From NCBI GenBank assembly GCA_030141605.1, contig JAQGDQ010000255.1, positions 259,787 through 323,786 on the forward strand: a stretch of 64,000 bases of DNA, given 5' to 3'. Below are positions 55,001 to 64,000 of this stretch, in pieces. Source of the DNA: Tubiluchus corallicola. Its lineage: Eukaryota > Animalia > Priapulida. The notes under the pieces were generated by a model. The model searched no databases, had not been told where the DNA came from, and worked only from the letters and a program-made list of their open reading frames with translations. The stretch's first letter is position 1; every line of letters starts with the position of its first letter. The position numbers and the translations under genes were made by a program.

Positions 55001-56289
55001 AAAGGCGCTAACATCTCAAAATTTTTACATTTCTTTATTAAAACTTTGCATTATTGATACTATGTGCGTCCATTTTCATAGAAAAAAATTATGTCATTTC
55101 CGTGAATTTTTAAATGGGGTTAGTTTCTTGTGTTCACATATCTATATTTAATGTAAACAAATGTAAGCTAGGTACAAATGATGCTCTTAAAACCGAAACG
55201 CGTTTGGCGCAATAGTTAAGAAAGACCCCGTCTACAAAAAATAAACAACATCAGCAAGATCACAGATTACACCAATGCGTGTTTGTGCTGCCATCTCTCA
55301 GGCATAAAGTACACTAACTCGCAAAGGTGTAGTAATGGAAATGCCGCTACCTGTTGCTGATCTAGCGAAATAGTGTCTTACCTTAGGGATTTAGGAACTT
55401 AGTATTTCCGTTTATTTCCTTATCTTTTGTTTCTCATAAATGTTCACTTCACATCTGCAGTTTATACAGTTAAACAAAATTTGGTACAGCCACTATCAGG
55501 AATGAAGACATATCAAGTGACAAGTCAGAACAAGATCACCTTCATGCCCTTGCCAGCTGTACAAGATCGCGAAATTGCGAACCTCGGACATAAGCAAATC
55601 AACAGATTTTTGTAAATTAATTTATCGAGAACTACCTTCATGCAAAATTTTAAAATGTTCCAGAAAGAGAAAAATATGTCAAAAAGTGCTTTACGTCAAT
55701 TTTCTAAGCAGGCCAAGAAAAACGTTTGCCAATAAAAACCTTTGCTCTTCAGTATGTTGACTCGTGTAGATTTATGCAACGATCACCCAAGAGAAAGAGG
55801 AAAGCGATGGATAAACCCACGTGAGTCAAAATTGTGTATTCCGTTTTTTACTCAGTACGAAAAAAAATACTCGGTGAATATCATAAAGCTACGACTCCAT
55901 GTGCATGCGCAATCTGTGATCCGTTTTGCGTGATGCGTAATGATTGTTTCCATGTGTCCGTATACGCTACGCGTGTAAACAAAGCCCACGGCGCCATTTT
56001 TGGTCGAAAATTGCAAGCAATAATTTTTGGAAACCGTCTCTATCGAAATTTACAGCTGCGGCGTTAGCTTATTACTATTAGACGGAAAAGTAAACACAGA
56101 TTTTGGGTGGATAACATTAGATTTTAGTGAAATCTCGATAAATAGTACCATTTTTCAACCATAGATGGCATAAGCCAAAAACTTCTTGTCCAATTTGTTT
56201 TTTAATTTCGCTTGAAAACCGCTTGAGAAAATTAGTACTCCATTACACTGGTTAAATAGACAACATTTTTAGTTTGTAACAGCAATTCA

Positions 56290-57200
56290 GTGCTTTTATT
56301 TTTCACTAAAACAATGACGATAACAATTACTATCACCAAGGCGCACATAAAAATGCCATACAAAAGATAAAATTTTACACTAAAAATTAGGAAATACTAC
56401 ATGTATTATTAAAAACTACAAAAATTTAAAAAAAACATAAAGAAGTATATACAAATATTAAAAATACAAAGCATTAGTTAAAAAGCCAGCAGTTACTATA
56501 TCAATAAATCATACCATCTTCTAAATAAGCTACTATAAAATCGCACATCAGTTTGTGGCAAATGTAATTTAGAATAAAATTTGCTGATCCAATCATTCTT
56601 GTCTTAAAATATAAGCAGAGTGACTCAACAGTACTGTACTTTAAAATGTTTTATATATTATTTTCTGCACATATTGAAAAAGATTGCGTATCATAAGCAT
56701 AACATGTGAAAAACTTATGAAGAGCAACGTTGTAAGTGGCGCGGATCTTGGTTAAGCTGCATACTTTGAAATTAACCTCTAAGTTATCACAGCATGTGTT
56801 TCACATTGTGCAGGAAATAGCATAGTTTCACATTTTTTGAACAAGAGTTACATTTAGTTAAAACATATTAGATCTAGCAATTAGCAAACGATTTTGGTTA
56901 TTTATGTCTAAGTCATCAGAAAAATTATTAGAAAGTACATGACCAAGATACTTGTGATTATTTTTAACACATATTTTAACACCGTCAAGAGTCACGTAGT
57001 CGATATGTCGCATATTATTCCACATAAAATACGTACAATACGTTTTAGGCCCATTAAAGTTCAAGCCATGATTATTAGCATAGTCTGAACAACCATTTGA
57101 AATACTTTGTAACGCTTGTATAGAGGGAGCTAATATACAAAAATCATCAGCATATAAAAGATGATTTATACTAAGGTAACCCAATTTGCATGTAGGCCGT
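56290..57200 (-). mobile_element. 5'-truncated, degenerate non-LTR retrotransposon (LINE, possibly CR1/L2-like) RT fragment
   Basis: ORF 56858-57220 has INHLLYADD..LAPS..ALQ, LNFN..KT and KYLG motifs of the LINE RT C-terminal region, followed by stops; outer boundaries approximate. Confidence 0.85.
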
Positions 57201-57324
57201 TTGTTCCCCTTTTGCTTCACCTATATTTGTTGCTGTGGGGATGTTGTTGGTGTTAATGCTTTTGTTATTTCGCCGGAACTGGTACGAGGAGCCTTACGAA
57301 GATACTTAAAATAAATAAGACTGA

Positions 57325-58611
57325 TCACCACACCTTCTTTTTCTGTGCAACCTGGGCAGACGAGATAGCTATCTTGAGAAGACTATTCATGGCATGTTCT
57401 GACAGAGTGCACACTTTTCTAGTCTCTGGTTCGTCGGTACAAAGTGGGTTGTCAAAGTTTGACTTTTTAAGGTTACCTCTAAGCTCCATTCGATAATCGC
57501 TCCACACGTCGCCAGGGTTTTTACAATTGAATGTCATTTCGGCAGCTTCATGAATTGATAGCATTTTCGAGTATACGTTAAAGTCGAAAACACTTCCTTT
57601 TAAACTCTGTAAGACGTCAAAGCCACCACCGACAAAGCCCTGGCTTTGTCCAATGACGAAACATCCACCAGGCGGTATACTGCCCAAGCCAGTATCGTAA
57701 GTTCCAATGTCTACATAGTCAGAATCCTGTTCACTTTCTGCACTTCTGCGTATACGTGTGGACCTACTTTCTATTATTCTGCTGACATCATCTATTTCGT
57801 CTACAACATCAAAAGGACCATTTCCGCGGGTATGGCTTCTACTCGGACCAGAACTTTCACTTGGACTAGAAGACCCTAAAGATGGCTCAAGTGCAATGGA
57901 GCATCCGTCTAGAACGTCTCCACAAGCATCTGCATCACACACATTGCTGCAACAATCTCCGTAGTCAAAACACAAAGAGTCACACCAACAGCCCCCACTG
58001 TAACTGCCACAAGTAGCTGGAATGCACTCTCCTAGAACATTAAGTGCGTCAACACTTACAAAGTACCTACTAGTAACTGAGTCGTAACCAGCGCAAACCT
58101 GATGATAAAAACCATTCCTTAATCCTGTATTTATTGCAATGGAATTAGCCTGTGACTCAATTCCATTCACAGTCAATACCAGCGAATTGTTTTTTACAAA
58201 AAGTCGTAATGTATCATCCTCATTTTTGGTCGCATAGGAGAAAAGCGTTGTCTCTTCATTATTTTCAGCGTCTGGGGATATCTTCACCCACATGCACACT
58301 GATATTGCTTCCAGTGAGTCGGTTATGACATTATTTAACTTTATGTAATCCGTCTCAGTAAATTCAGAAAACACAACCTCAGTACTTGATTCTTTAGCGT
58401 CAAAACAAGTTGGAGTTTTCTGAATTCTCTTCAAGCTTGAATACCCTGGGAAAGGTCTATTCATCGATTTTCTTTCCAGCTGCTTTGACTGCACTCTATT
58501 ACTTTTGCGTCTGCGAAAGCGTTTACCACCATCAACCACGTCACAAATCAAAATAACCAGAACAATCATAAAAATAAGAAAAATGTAATAGCGTTGCCGT
58601 TTTGAAAACAT
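57325..58611 (-). CDS. Secreted pentraxin/LamG-fold protein with internal somatomedin-B-like Cys-rich insert, single exon, 428 aa
   Basis: First ATG at 58611; signal peptide; LEAISVCMWVK, TLFSYAT, YHQVCAGYDS, IPPGGCFVIGQSQG..GGGFDVLQSLKGSVFDFNVYSKMLS pentraxin motifs; CWCDSLCFDYGDCC SMB-type motif. Confidence 0.88.
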   Translation of the reverse strand: MFSKRQRYYIFLIFMIVLVILICDVVDGGKRFRRRKSNRVQSKQLERKSMNRPFPGYSSLKRIQKTPTCFDAKESSTEVVFSEFTETDYIKLNNVITDSLEAISVCMWVKISPDAENNEETTLFSYATKNEDDTLRLFVKNNSLVLTVNGIESQANSIAINTGLRNGFYHQVCAGYDSVTSRYFVSVDALNVLGECIPATCGSYSGGCWCDSLCFDYGDCCSNVCDADACGDVLDGCSIALEPSLGSSSPSESSGPSRSHTRGNGPFDVVDEIDDVSRIIESRSTRIRRSAESEQDSDYVDIGTYDTGLGSIPPGGCFVIGQSQGFVGGGFDVLQSLKGSVFDFNVYSKMLSIHEAAEMTFNCKNPGDVWSDYRMELRGNLKKSNFDNPLCTDEPETRKVCTLSEHAMNSLLKIAISSAQVAQKKKVW

Positions 58612-59451
58612 GGCGCACGCGCACGACTCCAATCTGCTACGAGTTCTTTAAAAATAAAAGGTCAGTCGTTGAATTGACACCATTTTGTGGCATGACATGA
58701 GCCTAATTAGCTGGAGAGACTGTGAACTCTGTGACACATATCCTTTGGCCTGCAAAGATATATAAAGGAAACGGTCTCTGAACTGAAAACATTTCAAGCA
58801 ACACAACAATGGATGACATGAGCCTAATTACATGATTGATGAGAAGCATATAATTAGAACACTGAAGAGTTCTTTCTGTACGCATTTCACAGATTTATGT
58901 ATTTCTACATAATAAATTTAGGTAAACTAGATTGATTTAGATTAAAACATGCAAACGATAACTACTCCAAATTTTATACGTATTAACCGAATTTAATATA
59001 TTCTCACTGCAGTTTCACTACAGATTTCTGAACGCTTTGCTACAATAAATCTAACTCTGAGCGTTTTTACGTGTGCCTTATTTTTATTGTTGTTTTATGG
59101 ACTTCAAGTGTCTGAAATGAAAAAAATAATGATAATAAATCCAAAATGACTTTTAACTATGTAATTGGCAAAAGTTAGTGGAATCAAAATCCGCGGATTT
59201 TTTTTACCAAAATCTGCAGTATTTGCGGACTTAAGCGTACCAGAATTTAGCAATGTTATAGATTGGTAAAGCGGATTAGAAATGGATTTTTTTCTTTTTT
59301 TTTTTTTGATTTCGCGATTCATATAACCACACACACACACACACACACACGCACTCACACACATATATGTAATGTATCATATGTTAAATGAATCGCGAAA
59401 TCCGCAAAGAAAAAAATCCATGTCTATAAATATATAGGTATGTGTATATTT

Positions 59452-59593
<142 letters not shown>

Positions 59594-60561
59594 AAAACAA
59601 ATAAATCAAACTCAAGTATTACAATTTAGAATCCATTTAACATTGGGCACGGTTTTCCTTCTGCTTTGAGTGATTTCATCTTTTGCTATAAGATTGTTCT
59701 TTGTGAATCCGTTTCAAATGAACATATTAACTATCAATGCATTATCATGAAAAGCAAAACAGCAATTTTATTAACGTTAAACAATGCAGCAACTTTAACC
59801 AAACTAAGCAATTCCAACAACAATAACACTGGTAATAATCTTAGTGACACTGGCTAGGCAGCGCTCGATTAACACCACCTATTATCTACCTAAAGCGATC
59901 AGATAAGAATTTAACATTATAGCAGTGCCACACATATATATATAATAAATATATATAAATACATATATATATATGTATAGAAATGTAAGTTTTTTGCCTT
60001 TGTTATACATACACAAGCATTATATATACGGGCAATGCTTAACTAACAAAAGCAATATTTTGCAGAGCTTATAACAAATCATTTACGTGTTTTGTAAATC
60101 ATTTACGAACAACAATATCACATTTCTAAAATTTATAACACAAGCCAAATAAATAACGAAAGAAACGTCACCAGTTCAAACAAACAGGATCATAATAATC
60201 GAATTCTGCCAATTAACTAGTAGCATCGTGCAATAATGCTAACAATGGTAACAGCAACTTACTAACAACAGAATTGTAAAAAGAAAACAAACAGCCCATG
60301 CTACTCAATCAGCTCTTACTAGGGGAACTTTCAATCCTTTTAAATTAAGGGATAATCTTTTATTTGAATGTGAACAAATTTGCGTGAGTGTGAACTGTGT
60401 GAAGGCACACTCGTGATGCACTGGCTAAGGCAATAATTGAATGTACCAATATACCTTCAACATAAGTTCTCAGACTGGAATTGAACGTATGTCATTGTTT
60501 TACATGGTTGCACGCACATTACTTGAAGCATTGTAAGATTGTTTTAAATCACATTTTCCAC

Positions 60562-61800
60562 TTACTTTCCAGATTGTGAAACTTGATTTACTGCTTCGAG
60601 GAGAGCCTCGAAAGCGTGTTGATCAAGCGTACAAACGTTTCTATAGCTGATACCTTCAATCAACGGACAAGTAGATGGCATCTGTTCTAGATGATAACCT
60701 ACAAGCATCATATGATAATCCCCCCAGGTAAAGAGGTCTCCAGTATTCTTACAAGAGTGAGAAAGCTCGTATACTTCGTCGTTGGACAATTTTCTAGAAA
60801 ACACGGTAATATCTGTCACCATTCCTTTGAAACTTTGGATGAAACCAAAATCACCACCCGGTTCGTCTTGATCCTGTCCAAACAGGAAAAATCCACCAGG
60901 CATTATTGTACCAACACTCGAATCAAAGTATCCTGACGTCCAGTACATGGCATCGGAGGTGACGGCGTTTATGGCCCAACTGTTGTCATAGTGGTCGTAG
61001 CGGGCGCAAAGGAAAACCCAGTAGCCGTTTCTTAGCTTCGCCTCCCATGCGATGGTGTTATGACCTGCGTCTATGCCATTAACGTAGAATGCTATGCTGT
61101 CGTTTTTCAATGCGAAACGGATCACATCGTCTTGGTTATTGTCAGTTTCTGCAGATAATGCATAAGAAAGGAACGTGGTTTCCTCGTGTTGCTGTGTACT
61201 TGGATCCAACTTCACCCACATGCACGAAGTGAAAGCAGCCAACTCACTCGTTATGACATTATTCAGGTGAATGTAGTCGGTTGTACCAAAGTCTGGAAAG
61301 TTAACCATTGTAGCAGCGTCTTCAACGTTAAAGCATTCTACCTGGGCATTTGCCAGGGCATTTTGTCCATTTCCGCCATTCCCATTCTTGTTTCCATATC
61401 CGTTTCCACCATTCCCATTCTGGTTTCCATATCCGTTTCTTCCGTTCCCATTCTGGTTGCCGTTTCTGTTTCCGCCATTTCCATTGTGATTGCCGTATCC
61501 GTTCCCGCCATTCCCATTTTGGTTTCCATATCCGTTTCCGCCGTTCCCATTCTGGTTTCCGTTTCCGCCATTTCCATTCTGATTGCCGTATCCGTTTCCG
61601 CCATTTGCATGCCGGTTGCCGTTTCTGTTTCCGCCATTACCATTCCGTGTGCCGTACCCCATTCTGTTATTTCTGTTCTGGTTGCCGTGTGCGCTACCGA
61701 AGTTCCGGTTTCTTCTGTTACCCATTCCACTTACCAAAAATACTAAATTACATATAACCAGAAAAACACAAATATACAGACACTGCGTTTTTAACCACAT
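60562..61800 (-). CDS. Secreted pentraxin-domain protein with N-terminal Gly/Asn repeat, single exon, 412 aa
   Basis: Signal peptide; NGNGGNGYGNQ-type repeats; AFTSCMWVK, TFLSYA, IMPGGFFLFGQDQDEPGGDF..QSFKGMVTDITVFSRKLS pentraxin motifs; paralogue of 57325-58611. Confidence 0.9.
   Translation of the reverse strand: MWLKTQCLYICVFLVICNLVFLVSGMGNRRNRNFGSAHGNQNRNNRMGYGTRNGNGGNRNGNRHANGGNGYGNQNGNGGNGNQNGNGGNGYGNQNGNGGNGYGNHNGNGGNRNGNQNGNGRNGYGNQNGNGGNGYGNKNGNGGNGQNALANAQVECFNVEDAATMVNFPDFGTTDYIHLNNVITSELAAFTSCMWVKLDPSTQQHEETTFLSYALSAETDNNQDDVIRFALKNDSIAFYVNGIDAGHNTIAWEAKLRNGYWVFLCARYDHYDNSWAINAVTSDAMYWTSGYFDSSVGTIMPGGFFLFGQDQDEPGGDFGFIQSFKGMVTDITVFSRKLSNDEVYELSHSCKNTGDLFTWGDYHMMLVGYHLEQMPSTCPLIEGISYRNVCTLDQHAFEALLEAVNQVSQSGK
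61365..61650 (-). repeat. Coding tandem repeat, ~33-bp unit (NGNGGNGYGNQ)
   Basis: About eight degenerate units within the pentraxin ORF. Confidence 0.9.
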
Positions 61801-61884
61801 TGTCTCGCTTGTAATTCAGCCAAATTTTGATACGTCTCTAAGTTAGAATAATTAAGCTTACATGTTTGCATATTGTGACAGACG

Positions 61885-61891
61885 CTTTATA
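61885..61891 (-). promoter_or_regulatory. Putative TATA box of the GN-repeat pentraxin gene
   Basis: TATAAAG on minus strand ~85 bp upstream of the ATG. Confidence 0.45.
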
Positions 61892-64000
61892 AGAATTTCT
61901 TCAAAACTATTGACCCGAAACACAAAAATACAAATTTCACTGTCGGATGAAATCAAATCATTTAGTGAAAACCTTGACACAGTTATAAAATAAAAAATGG
62001 TGTCGTCTCTGCGACATTAGCAGAGACAGACAATTTGTGCACATTCTTGCTGTTAGATTATACGAGATAGTTGCTAATCAAGTCAGAACAACACGAACAG
62101 CAAATTTATGACAATATGAAATATTTATTACGAAATAACATTATTTGAAGTTTTTAGACTCAAGTATCGCCTTCAGAGGATGGAAAGAACACCGCTCAAT
62201 ATGACATTTTCATAGTGTGTTATGCGATTAGAACAACTAAACATGTAGTTAAACTGTTTACCTGAATTTCAGGGCAGTGCACCAAACTGTACAAAGACAA
62301 TAATCAGAATAGAAACGCCCACTTTAACTGCAACAACCATAAAAACTGTCATAACAACCACTACAATCAACAACAACCACCACAGCAGTAAAGCAACAGC
62401 AACAACAGCGGCAACAACAGCAGCAACAGCAGCGGCAACAATAACCGCAACAAAGATTAAGATAAAGCTACTGCCAGCACCAACTGCACAACTAAAATAG
62501 CAGTTAGACCATCTATTGGCTTAGAGACTGCTTCCCTAAAGTTTTAATTATCATTCTTTCTGGCTTGTACTCTTAACTGATTATTTGATTTGATGTTAGG
62601 CCCGGTTAGTAGATTATTGTTAGTTTTCGCTTTAAATCATTGATTCAGTTTGGTTGCACTAACTTGTTTCTAACCTGTTTGAGTTGCTCATTTTGTATTC
62701 AAGCTATGTGATTTTTTTTAATTCGTTATCAACTTGTCAGGTGTTCAGGTGTCTGCTTTTTGGCATATATATATATATATATGTACTCTACTATTGTTTT
62801 TTGATACTTTTGCTTATTTGACGGTAGTTTCTATTTTGATATTACATATTTTCGTATGTTCCTAACTCATTGTGATCATTCTGTATATTTATTTGTGTGT
62901 ATGGCCTATTTGTGTATATTTGTGTAATATGTTCTAGTCATTAAAGAAAAGAACAAGTCACTTGGTATATTTGGTTTATATATTTTACTGTAATCACTTA
63001 AACTTGGAAAAATATAACAAAGAGAAATTTACAAAAACTGTCTATAAAGCATAAAGTAATTTGTACCACCGCTGTACAGAAATTTTTAGGCTCGGTGGTA
63101 GCGGCAATTCACTTGAAAATTATGACGTAATTGGTGGACTTCGGGACTTTTGTAAGCGCTATCGCTGCTTAAAGCAAAACCAGACCCAATCTTAAACCGT
63201 AGGTCCTTAAAATATTGAAAGGAAATGTACTATTTTTTTCAAAAACGACTTACATGAAAGAATTATTACCACACAAACTCAATTTTGCGCCACTAGTTCT
63301 TCACTGTTACCAGGCATTTCGCCATTCGCTGGTTAGACGGACACCAGCGCTTAAATTTCGGAAACGCATTACACAAAAAACAGGTGCTGTACCTCTCAGT
63401 TCAAATGTGTTTGTTTCTGACGAACTACTGTGACACGCATTCGGCAGCTCATGCGTGAGCACAGCGGTAAAATTGAAATTGTAATTTTTATCTTAAAACT
63501 TTTAAGTTTTAGTACAACACACTGAATATCTTAGAGTAACTCGTGGAATATTTTTGCTGTTGAAAATTATGTTAGTTTGTTATGTCGTCACTAGTTGGGC
63601 TCACCCGCCGTTAATTAAGTTTTTAATCTATTATTTAGTTATCAGAAACGCTTTTGCAGTATTAATTGTGTTAAACTGTATACTATTTATCGGACTTGAA
63701 AATGGAGTAGTATAGTAAAAAATCGTCCTGTTTTCTTTTAAACTACATTCAGACTTCTGCAGCTTACCTAACATTCATGCAAAAGATCCCACAAAATTAG
63801 CTATCCCATTTTTTGTAAAAACTCATTATACTTCAGATGAAAATTAACAGTGCGATGCTATACTTCAGTTGATGAACGACGTCATTGGTAGAGGAATGGG
63901 CGTTCAATATAGGAACAATTTTAATACGATGAAATGAACTCAACTTTAAAGTGATTTTACTAATTACACTTTTATTACTAAATCCTTCTAATATTTTTCA

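Noticed and set aside
61186-61846. Several overlapping ORFs on both strands
   Set aside because: Shadow frames of the stop-poor GN coding repeat

Overview
AT-rich, intron-rich animal (protostome-like invertebrate) genomic DNA, not prokaryotic. All five recognisable genes are on the minus strand. (1) The 5' part of SCAPER (six coding exons, runs off the left edge). (2) A complete tropomyosin gene with two first exons (1a, 1b), five tandem 118-nt copies of exon 4, two 71-nt copies of exon 5 and two terminal exons, giving up to 40 isoforms. (3) A complete 17-exon, 957-aa CLCA-family gene (HExxH, vWA, FN3, TM). (4, 5) Two intronless secreted pentraxin-domain paralogues, one split by a somatomedin-B-like insert and one with a Gly/Asn repeat. 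Also present: a LINE RT relic, a 71-bp-arm palindrome and many microsatellites. The strongest candidate for an undescribed system is the tropomyosin exon-4 array. It shows a putative downstream docking element with several complementary selector sequences, dense UGCAUG motifs, and two copies differing essentially by a Cys/Val switch at a coiled-coil core position. Exon coordinates were derived by hand from GT-AG boundaries and frame continuity; no searches or folding programs were run.
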